Positions 1 to 12,120 of a DNA stretch of 64,000 nucleotides are shown here, piece by piece (the stretch's first letter is position 1; each line of letters begins with the position of its first letter). The stretch is taken from NCBI GenBank assembly GCA_038087875.1, contig CM075991.1, forward strand, positions 14,014,001 to 14,078,000. Reading direction: 5' to 3'. The position numbers were made by a program, and so were the translations under genes. Origin of the DNA: Malacoraja senta (lineage: Eukaryota). The notes beneath the pieces were generated by a model. That model was not told the origin of the DNA. It did no database searches and saw nothing but the letters and a program-made list of their open reading frames with translations.

Positions 1-280
1 TGAGGCAGCATCTATGGCACGAAGGACTTCTTCCAGTCTGATGAAGGGTCTCGAACCGAAATGTTGCCTATTTAATTCGCTCCATAGATGCTGCCTCACC
101 CGCTGAGTTTCTCCAGCATTTTTGTCTACCAGCTTTTTTAAGTTCAGTTCAATACATGATTACAATCGAGCCAAAAACATAATTTCGTTTGAACTTAGGT
201 TCAAATGACATAATAAAAATATCTTGTATCTTGTATCCGCAGTGTACCAATACATGATAAAGGAAATAACCTGAATAATA

Positions 281-584
281 TTTAGTTTAGAGATACAGTA
301 CGGAAACAGGCCCTTCGGCCCACCAGGTCCGCACCGACCAGCCATCCCCGCACATTAACACTATCCTACACACCCGCTAGGGACAATTGTTACATTTACC
401 AAGCCAATTCACCAACAAATCTGTACGTCTTTGGAGTGTGGTAAGAAACCGAAGATCTCAGAGTAAACCCACGCAGGTCACGGGGAGAATGTACAAACTC
501 TGTCCGGGCAATAGTCAGGATCGAACCCGGGTCTCTGGCGCTGCATTCGCTGTAAGGCAGCAACTCTGCTGCTGCGCCACCGTG
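281..584 (-). mobile_element. tRNA-derived V-SINE (HE1-like), full length
   Basis: On minus: tRNA-like head (CACGGTGGCGCAGCAGCAGAG...GGTTCGATCC), V-domain (GGAGTTTGTACATTCTCCCCGTG...CCACACTCCAAAGAC-like), CR1-type tail GGGCCGAAGGGCCTGTTTCC and (CTAAA)n end. Confidence 0.85.
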
Positions 585-1325
585 ACTGATTAGTGCAAGA
601 TAAAGCCAGTAACGTCCGGTCAAGCATAGTCCGAGGGACCCCAATGAGGTGGATGGAAGTTCATGACCGCTCTCTGTTTGTGGTAGGAGTGGGACAGTTC
701 AGTTGCCTGATAACAGCTGGGAAGAAACTGATCCCGGATTCTGGAGGTGTGCGTTAATGAAGGTTCCTGGAGATTGTGATCTTCACTCAGTGTAAGCGGC
801 ACAGCCATGGCCTAATCTCTCGGGGCGGCAGTGGAACAAGGTCACATTCCCAGCAGAGAGAACTGGCCAGCACATTGTCACATAGCAGCAAGTTGACGTG
901 AGAGGTCAGAGTCTCACGAATGAAACACTGCATCAGCAGATGCCAGGAATTATCCAGCTTCCTTCACAGAGAGGATGGTGCCGGCAAGTTGATTAGTTTT
1001 AGTTTAGTTTGGTTTAGTTTTAGTTTAATTTAGTTTGGTTCAGTGGGTCTTGATCCGAAACGTCATCCATTCCTTCTGTCCAGAGATGCTGCCTGTCCCG
1101 CTGAGTTAGTCCAGCATTCTGCCACTGTCTTTGGTGTAAACTAGCATCTGCAGTTCCTTCCTACACATTTAGTTTAGTTTAGTTTAGTTTAAAGTTACAG
1201 CATGGAAACAGGCCCTTCGGCCCACCAAGTCCATGCCGACCATCCACGAAGTCCACGCCCGTTCACATTAGTTCTGTGTTATCCCACTTTCTCATCCACT
1301 CCCTACACACTCGGGGCAATTTACA

Positions 1326-1534
1326 GACGCCCCAGGAACAGCTGGAGCAGAGGTGTCCAGACAGAAATGTCTGAGAGTGGGCTCAACTGGGGAGATCTCG
1401 CAAGAACTGCCAACACCCGAATGAGGTGGAGGACATTTGTCAATGGGCTCTGCTCCCTAGAGATGGACATTTGTCAATGGCCTCTGCTCCCTAGAGGAGC
1501 AAAGGGCTTAAGAAGAAGTAAGAAGAAGAAGAAA
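1326..1534 (+). mobile_element. RTE-clade LINE 3' end fragment
   Basis: Translates RRPRNSWSRGVQTEMSESGLNWGDLARTANTRMRWRTFVNGLCS, typical of an RTE ORF C-terminus; ends in a (GAA)n tail; internal ~33-bp tandem duplication. Confidence 0.65.
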
Positions 1535-1637
1535 GACGCTACAACGTTTTTGCCCGACTGAGGAGACTACCGGCAAGATGTGGCGACAAACTGGTCGCCT
1601 GTAGTTTGCTAATATATCGCCTAAGTGGGACAGGCCC
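1535..1637. mobile_element. Terminal fragment of a Harbinger-like MITE
   Basis: Ends in AAGTGGGACAGGCCC, the same TIR as the elements at 23928, 26885 and 31818. Confidence 0.55.
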
Positions 1638-1658
1638 ATTACTCCAGCATTTGGTGCC

Positions 1659-2131
1659 AAGTAGGCCCCTATCGGTCATGACTGACCATGGGTAATTCAT
1701 CCTAGTTTGTCGGATGCAAGCCTGGGCGATGTCATATGGAGGACAGGCTGTTGCCCCACGCAGCACGTCCCCCCTCTCCACGTCGCTGATCGATCCAAAG
1801 GAACAGCAGGGCCGTTACAGTTTGGCACCAGCGCCGTCGCAGGAGCTGCCACAGCGAGGTTGTAGACAACGACGAACTGCCTTAGGGGCTCCGACTCCGG
1901 ATTTTCTTGAGGTTTACTCCTGGAGCCTTTTCCATGACTGGATATGGCCACAAGGCAGTGGAGGTTTTAAATCAGTTTTCCCTCTCCTAGACGGACTGCC
2001 TTCCCAGGCTGATGAGCCCCATCTGCCCGAGACTCGTGGGGGCGGGAGCGTCTACCTTCCCATGCAGGTCTATAGCACCTGCCCACTGCCTATGTCTATA
2101 GCACCTGCCCACTGCCCACTACACCTAAGAT
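1659..2131 (-). mobile_element. Non-autonomous non-LTR element, probably derived from an RTE 5' UTR plus 3' tail
   Basis: Perfect 13-bp TSD AGCATTTGGTGCC at 1646-1658 and 2132-2144. Minus strand has AGCCTGGGAAGGCAGTCCGTCTAGGAGAGGGAAAACT, resembling RTE 5' UTRs (recalled, not searched). Confidence 0.6.
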
Positions 2132-3005
2132 AGCATTTGGTGCCTATCCTGGGTGTAAACCAGCATCTGCAGGTCCTTCTTGAACCATTGGCCCAATATC
2201 CCGTTCATGCTCCAGCTAGTTTAGTTTAACTTAGTTTAGAGATACAGTGTGGAAACTGGCCCTCCGACCCACCGAGTACCCACCAACCATCGATCTACCG
2301 TACACTAGTTCTATTTCCCACACACAAACACAAGACCCATGCCCACCCACCGTATTCAATCATTTGCAAATCACAAAGAGCTGGAGGACATCAACAGGTC
2401 AGGCAGCATCTGTGGAGGGAATGGGCAGAGGATGTTTCAGGTCTGAAGAAGAGTCCAGCCCAGTCTGACTGATTGTGTGGGAAGGAACTGCAGATGCTGG
2501 TTTACACCGAAAATGGACACAAAATGCAGGAGTAACTCAGCGGGTCAGACAGCATCTCTGGGGAGAAGGAATGTATATAATGGGTGACGTTTTGGGTCGA
2601 GACCCTTCTTCAGGCAAAGCTGGTAGGCTGAAAGTACAACCTCTTGTTGCAAGAAGATATGTTAAAGACTCGTCACTGCGAGATAGCTTGCATAAATGCC
2701 GAATCATTGGGCAGATGCAATAACATGAAGAAAGGCAGTGTTTGTCCTTTTCGAAGCCCAAGGGCTTAACATGTGATCGTGACTTGGCCGAAACACTCCG
2801 CACTTAGTATCACGTTACTGGTAGTTCTTTTTCACCTTGGATGTCAAATGAGATTTTGCTTTTAGTACTCCATTCGCACAGAATGCCATTTGGCCCATCA
2901 GAACTATGCTAGCCCCTAGAGAGCTATCCCATCAGTCCCATTCCCCCTATCGCCCTGCGACTCCACGCTCCCACTCCTTTGCCGCCCGCCTTTACTTTAC
3001 GACTA

Positions 3006-3990
3006 AGCTCAGCACGGGATCACCTCAAGGCTGCGTGCTCAGCCCCCTGCTGTACTCACTCTATACTCATGACTGCGTAGCCGGTCCAAGTGCGAACTCC
3101 ATCATCAAGTTTGCTGACGACACCACTGTTGTGGGACGTATCGCTGATGGTAGATGAGTCAGAGTATAGAGGTGAGATCGACCGTTTGACCAAATTGGGC
3201 CAGCACAATAACCTGGCTCTCAACACCAGCAAAACCAAGGAACTGATTGTGGACTTTGGAAGGGGTAGGATGGGGACCCATAGTCCCGTTTATATCAATG
3301 GGTCGATGGTGGAGAGGGTCAAGAGCTTCAAATTCCTGGGTGTGCACATCTCTGAAGATCTCTCCTGGTCCGAGAACACAGATGCAATTATAAAGAAAGC
3401 ACATCAGCGCCTCTACTTCCTGGGAAGATTATGGAGAGTCGGTTTGACAAGGAGGACTCTCTCGAACTTCTACAGGTGCACAGTAGAGAGCATGCTGACC
3501 GGTTGCATCGTGGCTTGGTTCGGCAACTTGAGCGCCCAGGAGCGGAAAAGAATACAAAAAGTAATAAACACTGCCCAGTCCATCATCGGCTCTGACCTCC
3601 CCACCATCGAGGGGATCTATCGCAGTCGCTGCCTCAAAAAGGCTGGCAGTATCATCAAGGACCCACACCATCCTGGCCCCACACTCATCTCCCTGCTACC
3701 TTCAGGTAGAAGGTACAGGAGCCTGAAGACTGCAACGTCCAGGTTCAGGAATAGCTACTTCCCCACAGCCATCAGGCTATTAAACTCAACCCAAACAAAA
3801 CTCTGAGCATTAATAGCCCATTGCACTTTATCTGTTTATTTATGTGTGTGTGTATATATTCATTGGTATATGGACACACTGAATGTTCTGTATTCAATGC
3901 CTACTATATTCTGTTGTGCTGAAGCAAAGCAAGAATTTCATTGTCCTATCTGGGACACATGATGATAAACTCTCTTGAATCTTGAATCTT
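3006..3990 (+). mobile_element. Rex1/Babar-clade LINE, 5'-truncated (RT C-terminal half plus 3' UTR)
   Basis: STGSPQGCVLSPLLYSLYTHDC...KFADDTTVVG, frameshift near 3150, then ORF 3090-3806 (KTKELIVDF, FKFLGVHI, LLPSGRRYRS); (CTTGAAT)n tail. Confidence 0.85.
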
Positions 3991-5003
3991 TAGACCTCAG
4001 AGACACAACGTGGAAACAGGCCCTTCCGCCCACTGAGTCCAAAGGGCCAGAAACACTGGTTCAATCCCGACTACGGGTGCTGTCTGTACAGAGTTTGTAC
4101 GTTCTCCCCGTGACCACGTGGGTTTTCTCCGAGATCTTAGGCTTCCTCCCACACTCCAAAGATATAAAGAGTTTGAGGTTAATTGGCTTGGTATAAATGT
4201 AAATTGTCTCTAATGTGTACTAGGGCTGAATGGCCTACTCCTGCACCTATTGTCTAATGTGCGGGGATTGCTGGTCGGTGCAGACTCGATGGGCTGAAGG
4301 GCCTGTTTCCAAGCTGTTTCTCTAAACTAAACTAACAAATGAAGCCAATCAACCTACAAACCCTTGTCTTTGGGATGTGGGAGGAAACCGGAGCACCCGG
4401 ACAAACCCACACGGCCTACATTGGGGGCAGTTTATGTAGCCAAGTAATCTATCGTCAGTTTCTTTCTGAAACAAAATGCTTCTTCTGCTGTTTTAGTGAA
4501 ACAGGCCCTTCAGCCCACCAGGTCCCCACACTAATTCTATCCTACACACACCAGGTAAAATTTACAGAGGGCCAATTAACATACAAACCTTCACGTCTTT
4601 GGAGTGTGGGAGGAAACCCATGTGGTCACAAAGAGAACGTGCGAACTCCGCACGGACAGCACCGGAGGTCAGGATCGAACCTGGGTCTCTGAGGCAGCAA
4701 CTCTACCGCTGCGTCGTGGTTCCGGACTGTTGAACAAATGTCTGACGAAAGCTCTCAACCCAAAATGTTGCCTGTCCATTTCCCTCCGTAGACGCTGGCT
4801 TCTTCTCCACGTAATCTTTGACGCCCTTAGTAATCAGGAATATATCAATCTCTACTTTATACATGCCCAATGTCTTGGCCTCTAATGAATTATTCAAGGA
4901 AGCACGTGCAAACTCCACACAGATAGCACCCGAGGTCAGGATCGAACCCGGGTCTCTAGAGCTCCACTACCTGCGCCTCAGTACAGCCCCAAAACCACAG
5001 TCA

Positions 5004-5345
5004 TAGGGTGATATAGTATGGAAACAGGCCCTTCTGCCCAACTTGCCCACACCAGCCAACATGTCCCAGCTACACTAGTCCCACCTGCCTGCGCTTGGTC
5101 CATATCCCTCCAAACCTGTCCTATCCATGTACCCGTCTAACTGTTTCTTAAACATTGGGATAGTCCCAGCCTCAACTACCTCCTCTGGCAGCTTGTTCCA
5201 TACACCCACCACCCTTTGCGTGAAAAAGTTACCCCTCAGATTCCCATTAAATCTTTTCCCCTTCGCCTTGAACCTATGTCCTCTGGTCCTCGAGTCCTGG
5301 GCAAGAGACTCTGTGCATCTACCCCATCTATTCCTCGCATGTTTT
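5004..5345 (-). mobile_element. CR1 LINE 3' fragment
   Basis: Minus strand matches the CR1 ORF2 C-terminus (TRGH...RGNFFTQRVVGVWNKLP) and the 3' UTR. Confidence 0.75.
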
Positions 5346-5477
5346 TACACACATCCTCTGCAGTCTCCAGTGCCTCCATTCACCTGCAGCGGCACTGGGT
5401 CATGTTGACCTGTATCGAGCTACTGGCATGGAGTCAACGTTCACCTTCAATAACCTTCCTGAAGCTTAGACTGAAAT

Positions 5478-5505
5478 CTGAAGAAGGGTCTCGACCCGAA
5501 ACGTC
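5478..5505 (+). ncRNA. Minimal type I hammerhead-ribozyme-like motif in a Penelope-derived terminal repeat
   Basis: CTGAAGA-A-GGGT(CTCG)ACCC-GAAA-CGTC: conserved core, stem II hairpin, palindromic ACGT stem III, GUC site. Confidence 0.65.
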
Positions 5506-6934
5506 ACCTATTCCTTCTCTCCGGAGATGCTGCCTGTCCCGCTGAGTTGCTCCAGCTTTTTGTGTCTGTACACCTTATGTTGGCTGGATTGTGATCATGT
5601 CTAGTCCTGCCGCTGACTGGTTAGCACGCAACAAAAACCTTTTCACTGCACGTGACAATATTAAACTAAACTAAAGATGGGGTTTTAAAATCTTTACTCC
5701 TTTGTTATTCCGATTCCCCGACAATTCAGTGGTCGGTTCAGAGTGCAGTTCACCGTCTCGCACCATCTCCAGGTCTCAGAGTGGGATGGTGTCGACCAAA
5801 TAGCCATCATCACGGCATCAAGCCTCAGCCTGCTACCTCAAACAAAGTGCCAAGTCAATGAGAGGATGTGGTATTGGGGCAGCACAGTGGCACAGCTGGT
5901 AGAGCCGCTGCCTCAGTGCCAGAGACCCAGGTTCGATCCTGACCTTGGGTGCTGCCTGTGTGGAGTTTGCACGTATCTCCCTGAGGAACTCATTGCCACA
6001 GACGGCTGTGGAGGCCAAGACATTGGGTATTTCGAAAGCGTAGATAGATATGTTCATGTTTAGTAAGGGGGGGGTCAAAGATTATGGGGAGAAGGCAGGA
6101 GAATGGGGTTGAGAGTGAAAAATAGATCAGCCGTGATCGATTGGCTTATCTATTGCCAATAGATCATGGCTACAGATGATCTATATACTTGATGGGCTGA
6201 ATGGCCTAATTCTGTTACCATATCTTATGGTCTTATGGATCACGTGGGTTTCCTATGGGTGCTCCGGTTTCCTCCCACATCCTGAAGACTAAAGTGGCTT
6301 CTATAACATTTCCCCATCAATGCATATGGCGCGGATAAGAAAGTGTGGTAACATAGAACTAGAGCAAATAGGCGATCGATGGTCAGCACGGACTCGATGG
6401 GCCAAAGGGCCCGTATCCACGCTGTTTCTCTCTAAAAAGAAAATCATCCCATCATACAGACACTGCAAATTTAGCACTTACTTCCCAAAACACACACACC
6501 CCTTCAATAAGCCAAGCGGAGCGAAGGAATGGGTGACGTTTCGGTCGAGACCCTTCTTCAGACGGTGGCGACCCAGAACGTCACCCATTCCTTCTCTCCA
6601 GAGAAGCTGCCTGTTCCTGCTGAGTTACTCCATCTTTTTGTGTCTATCTTCGGTTTAAACCAGCATCTGCAGTTCCTTCCCACACAATAAGTCAACCGGA
6701 CCCTGGTCTGAAGATGACCGAGTCCGGACTCTGACCTCCACTACATTGGCAAATAGTCACTAATGTGTACCATGTACCACTGGCCTGCGATGGTACAAAC
6801 TGTGCCCGATGATACTTTGTCATTGAAACATTTGCTGTGAAAGTATTTCTGTGTTGTAGTTCGCTCCCTCCACTGCACACTCCTTTGTTCTGTTCTGTTG
6901 CAACTTTCACCGAAGGCAGGACTTCCTATTGTGC

Positions 6935-7452
6935 ACGAAGGAAGTGCTGGTTTAAGCCAAAGATAGACACAAAAAGCTGGAGTAACTCAGCGGGTCAGAC
7001 AACATCTCTGGAGAAAAGGAATGGGTGACGTTTCGGGTCGAGACCCTTTTTCAGTCTGAGAGGATATCAGGGGAAAGGGAAACGAGATATACGATCTAGG
7101 TGAAAACAAGTTACAGACAATGAGACTCAACAAGACGACTTTGAAGTTGGTACCACACCCCTCCCCCGCCCAAGTCGTACCAACTTCAAAGTCGTCTTGT
7201 TCAGTCTCATTGTCTGTAACTCGTTTTCACCTAGCCCACATCTAACAATGGCCAGCTTCCTCTATCATCGTTTTACTTTTTTGCATATCTTTCATTCAGT
7301 GTTCTATATCTCTCTACATCACCATCTACATCTCTCCTTTCCCTTTCCCCTGACTCTCAGTCTGAAGGAGGGTCTCGACCCGAAACATCACCCACTCCTT
7401 CTCTCCAGAGATGCTGCCTGTCCCACTGAGTTACTCCAGCGTTTTGTGTCTA
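6935..7452. mobile_element. Penelope-derived non-autonomous repeat with inverted HHR-bearing arms
   Basis: Minus copy (~6935-7054) and plus copy (~7357-7452) of the Penelope 3' repeat flank an internal region. Confidence 0.6.
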
Positions 7453-7800
7453 TCAGAGGTTCCTATTAATTTCTCAGCTCAGTCGAAGCAAACCTATCGG
7501 CAGTGTATTTACAGCGAACCTTACTTACAACACCACACACCATTCTCTTGTAAAATACTTCAGCCGAGAATTAGATCCTTAAAGTGGGCTGTGCCAGTAA
7601 AGAGGTTAATGGCAAAATCGTTGGATTCAATGTCTCATCTCCCCAGTATCAAGAAGGCCCATGCAGTTAATAGAGGCCTTTCCCAGCTGCTATGGATGCT
7701 GGGACAGGCTGCCCTCCATAGAAACCATTCACTTCACTCTCCATAGAAACACTATAGTCCACATGCATGTGGGATAACAACTCTCACCAACTTCTACAGA

Positions 7801-8100
7801 TTTAGTTTAGATTAGTGTAGTTCAGAGATACAGCACGGAAACAGGCCCTTCGGCCCACCGAGTCCCCGCCGACCAATGATCCCGCACATCAACACTATCC
7901 TACACACACAAATGATAATTTACACATACACCAGGCCAATTAACCTACAAACCTGTATGTCTTTGGAGTGTGGGAGGAAACCGAAGATCTCGGAGAGATC
8001 ACGGGGAGAACGTACAAACTCCGTACAGACAGCACGGGATTGAACCCGGGTCTCCGGCACTGTAAGGCAGCAACTCTACCACTGCGCCATCGTGCCGCCC
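7801..8100 (-). mobile_element. V-SINE (HE1-like), full length
   Basis: Same head, V-domain and tail as 281-584. Confidence 0.85.
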
Positions 8101-8591
8101 ACACTACGGATACGGCGTAGAAAGCATTTTATATCAGGATGCATCACAGCATGCTTTGGGAACAGCTCCATCCAAGACCACAAGAAAGTGCAGAGAGTTG
8201 TGGACGCAGCTCAGACCATCACACAAACCAACCTCCCTTCCATTGACTCCATCTACACCTCACGCTGCCTCGGCAAGGCCAGCAGCATAATCAAGGACCA
8301 GTCTCACCCCCTCTTCTCCCCTCTCCCCTCTCCCATCAGCAAACTTAGTTTAGTTTAGAGATACAGCACAAAAACAGGTCCTTCAGCCCATCGAGTCACC
8401 ATTGACCAGCGATCCCCGCACATTATCACTACCCTACACACACTAGGGACAAAACATCAATACCGTGCCAATTAACCTACAAACCTGTGCATGTTTGGAG
8501 TGTGGAAGAAAACCGAAGATCTCAGAGAAAACCCACGCAGGTCACAGGGAATAGGTACAAAGTCTGTACAGAGAGCACCCTTAGTCAGAAG

Positions 8592-9050
8592 CTAGCAAGC
8601 AAGTTTATTTATAGAGCACATTTCAGCAACAAGGCAATTCAAAGTGTTTTACACAAAGCATTAAAAAGCAATTAAAAACAGTCATTAAAAAGAATAGAAA
8701 GTATAAACAAGCTAAAATAGAATAAGACAAGTACAACATTGTCACAGTGCAATGTAAGAAATGAATAATTATTTAAGTTAATTAAAATCAGCATCAACAG
8801 GAAAGTCTTCAGCCCCGATTTAAAAGAACTGAGAGCTGGAGCGGACCTACGTTTTGCTGGAAGTTTGTTCCATATATGTGGTGCATAAAAACTAAACGCT
8901 GCTTCTCCATGTTTAGTTCTGACTCTGGGGACAGAAAGCAGGCATGACCCAGACGACCATAGAGGTCTGGATGGTTCATAATGTTACAGAAGATCAGAAA
9001 TATGTTTTGGCCCTAGACCATTCAGTGCTTTATAAACCAACAGTAATATT
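8592..9050 (-). mobile_element. L2-clade LINE 3' fragment
   Basis: Plus strand reads GCAAGTTTATTTATAGAGCACATTTCAGCAACAAGGCAATTCAAAGTG (L2 3' end). Minus strand encodes ILLLVYKALNGLGPK...PSRPL...VPRVRTKHGEAAFSFYAPHIWNKLP. Confidence 0.75.
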
Positions 9051-9162
9051 TGTGTCTATATTCCATTTAAATCAGCATCTGCAGTTCCTTCATACACAAT
9101 GACATTCTTACTTGCAGCAGCATATGTCAACACAGTACACTGTAAACTAGAAACAATAGTTC

Positions 9163-9215
<53 letters not shown>

Positions 9216-9703
9216 TTCCTTGTTTCTACTGGACATTTAGTCAAGGTAAATAGATACATGTCGTTCACACACTCTATCCTGAGTCTATCTTTGGTCCAAC
9301 CCAACATCTGCAGTGCTTTGGTTCTATATTATTGATCAGTGATTGGCAATTAATCACAGCTCTCGCCGTCCTTAAATTAACAGAATGCACATAGAAACAA
9401 GATGCAGGAGCAGGCCACTCGGCCCTTCTAGCCAGCACCGCCATTCAATATGATCATGACTGATCATCCACAATCAGTACCCCGTTCCTGCTTTCTCCCC
9501 ATATCCCTTGATCCCGTTAGCCCCAAGAGCTAAATCTAACTCTGTTTTTTACACATAACTTTTTGTTTCCATTGATAATTGACAGTGTAAAACGCCGACG
9601 CACACTTGCAGGGAGATGTTTGTACCGTCTGGCAACATGCTCCAAGCAAAACACGGCTGCAATGTGCCGGCTCAAAGCAAGTTGCAGCAGTTTAGTAACT
9701 TAC

Positions 9704-9900
9704 ATGCTGGCTCTGTGTGGCGAGGGTCTCGCTCCTCCCTTGGGCTGGCTCTGGGAATGAAACCCTCCCATCCTTCAACTTTTCTCAGCCTCCGCCGGGC
9801 AGCCGGTGACATTGAGACGGTGCTGGGCGCTGCGGCACTAACACTGCGGGCCTCCTGCACCCATTACACGGGGCTCCCGGCCAAATTCCTGCCTCAATCG
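9704..9900 (-). other. Candidate first exon of an unidentified host gene
   Basis: Unique, CpG-enriched sequence. GTAAGT donor at 9703-9698. ATG at 9771 in strong Kozak context (AGGATGG) gives MGGFHSQSQPKGGARPSPHRAS; an alternative ATG lies at 9812. Confidence 0.4.
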
Positions 9901-10051
9901 CACGTCCTCCTCCTCCTCCTCCTCCTCCACCCTCTCCCCTCCTCCACCCTCTATCCTCCCCTCCCCTCCCCTCCCTTCCTCTGGTGTGTAATCGCTGCCT
10001 TAAGCAACAACAACAACACCCTGGAAGTCCGAGGGCTTAAGATTCACTTGC

Positions 10052-10121
10052 GAGACAGAGAAGAGAGATAGAGAGAGAGACAGACAGACAGAGAGGAGAG
10101 ATAGAGAGAGTCAAAGATTGT

Positions 10122-10152
<31 letters not shown>

Positions 10153-10167
10153 TAGAGAGAGTCAAAG

Positions 10168-10209
<42 letters not shown>

Positions 10210-10314
10210 AATAGAGAGAGTCAAAGATAGAGAGAGAGAGAGGAGAGATAGAGAGAGTCAAAGATTGAGAGAGAGAGAGAGAGACAGACAGAGAGGAGAG
10301 ATAGAGAGTCAAAG

Positions 10315-10366
<52 letters not shown>

Positions 10367-10526
10367 GGAGGAGAAATAGAGAGAGTCAAATATTGAGAGA
10401 GAGGAACAGAGACAGAGAGAGACAGAGAGAGAGATACACACACACACACAGAGGAGAGAGACAGAGATTGAAAGAGGAACAGACAGAGAGACACGCAGAC
10501 AGACAGAGAGGACGAGAGAGACAGAG

Positions 10527-10585
<59 letters not shown>

Positions 10586-10620
10586 CAGAGAGACGGGGAG
10601 ACAGAGAGAGACAGGAAGAC
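10052..10620. repeat. (GA)n-rich compound microsatellite with recurring GAGTCAAAGATT units
   Basis: Directly visible. Confidence 0.95.
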
Positions 10621-11072
10621 TTGGAGTGAGAAATAAAGAGCAGAAGGCACTTGTTCCTCAAGGATTCTTGCAGCGCATTCCAGGGACCTTATTCTCCACC
10701 CCTTATGGGGACTGTCCACAGAATGAAATGCTGTGTTTCTGCTCTGGCCCTGGCTCCGCCTCGCTGTGTTCTTGGAGGCAGAGTCCCACAACCAGCTTGT
10801 TGCTGGGAAGAAAGGGACACACAGCCGAAGGTCGACACAAATATGCTGGAGTCACTCAGCGGGACAGGCAGCATCTCTGGGGAGGAGGAATGGGTGACGT
10901 TCCGGGTCGAGACCCTTCTTCAGACTGAGAGTCAGGGGAGAGGGAGACTAGAAAAAGTGCAAAGGACAAATGAATGAAAGAATCAACTCTGATCAAGGAA
11001 ATGTAGAGCCCACAATGGTCCATTGTTGGCTGTGGAGATGGTGATAATGAGTGGATACAAACTACTTCTACT

Positions 11073-11370
11073 AGGGCAGCACAGTGGTGCAGCGGTAGAC
11101 TTGCCTCAAAACGCCAGAGACCCTGGATCGATCCTGACTATGGGCGCTGTCTGTGTGGAGTTTGAACGTTTTCCCCATGACCTGCGTGGGTTTTCTCCGG
11201 GTGCTCCGGTTTCCTCCCACACTCCAAAGACGTACCGGTTTGTAGGCTAATTGGCTTGGCATAATTGTAAATTTTCCCTCGTGTGTGTAGGATAGCGTTA
11301 GTATGTGGGCATCGCTAGTCGGCACAGACTCGGTGGGCCGAAGGGCCTGTTCTCAACTAAATGAAACTAA
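11073..11370 (+). mobile_element. V-SINE (HE1-like)
   Basis: GGGCAGCACAGTGGTGCAGCGGTAG head, V-domain, GGGCCGAAGGGCCTGTT tail. Confidence 0.85.
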
Positions 11371-11452
11371 ATACAAACGGTGAAACTAAGCAGGATGACG
11401 AGGGTGGGATGGGGACGGAGAGAGTGGGAATGGAAGGGTCTAGCCTGCCCGC

Positions 11453-12036
11453 TGTGTGTGTGCATGCGCGTGTGTGTGTCTGTGTGAATGCGTGCGTGCA
11501 CATATGTGTGTGTGCGCATGTGTGTGCATCTGCCTATGTGTGTGCATGTGGCATGTGTAGGCATGCACATGTGCGTGCATACGTGTGTGCGTGTGTTTGC
11601 ATGCATGTACGCATGTGTGCGTGTATTTGCACGTGTGTGCGCATGTACATACGTGTGTGCATGTTTGCATGTGTGTGTGTGATCATGTGTGTGTGTGCAT
11701 GTATACATGCATGTGTGCGTGTTTGCATGTGTGTGCGTGTGTACATGCGTGTGTGCATATGTGTGTGCATGTGTGCACGTGTTTGCATTTGTGTGCACGT
11801 GTACATGTGTGTGCGCGTGCAAATGCATGGGGGCAAACATGTGTGCATACGTGTGGGCGTGTTTGCATGTGTGTGCGTGTGTGCGCAATTGCATGTGTGC
11901 GCGCGTGTACATGTGAGTGTGCATGTGTGTGTGCACGTGTACATGCGTGTGTGTGCGCGTGTACATGCGTGTGCACGTTTGCATGTGTGTGTGCGTGTAA
12001 TTGCGTGTGTGTGTGTGTGTGTGCATGTGTGTGCGT
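11453..12036. repeat. Degenerate (GT)/(GCAT) alternating purine-pyrimidine tract
   Basis: Directly visible; accounts for all the Cys/Val/His-rich ORFs here. Confidence 0.95.
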
Positions 12037-12120
12037 AGCTTCCTCCCATTGCCACTCTCCCTACCGCTGCTGCACTTCTGATGCCAACCATATTCAGTCC
12101 TTGCCTGTCACTGACATGGT

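Noticed and set aside
1690..1770. Complete HDV-like ribozyme
   Set aside because: P1/P2/P3-like pairings are visible on minus, but I could not identify P1.1, P4 or the catalytic J4/2
10037..10791. Ser-Leu / Arg-Glu-rich ORFs
   Set aside because: Translations of the (GA)n microsatellite
11073..11140. tRNA gene (A/B boxes), also at other SINE heads
   Set aside because: tRNA-derived V-SINE head; no complete cloverleaf, and it runs into the V-domain
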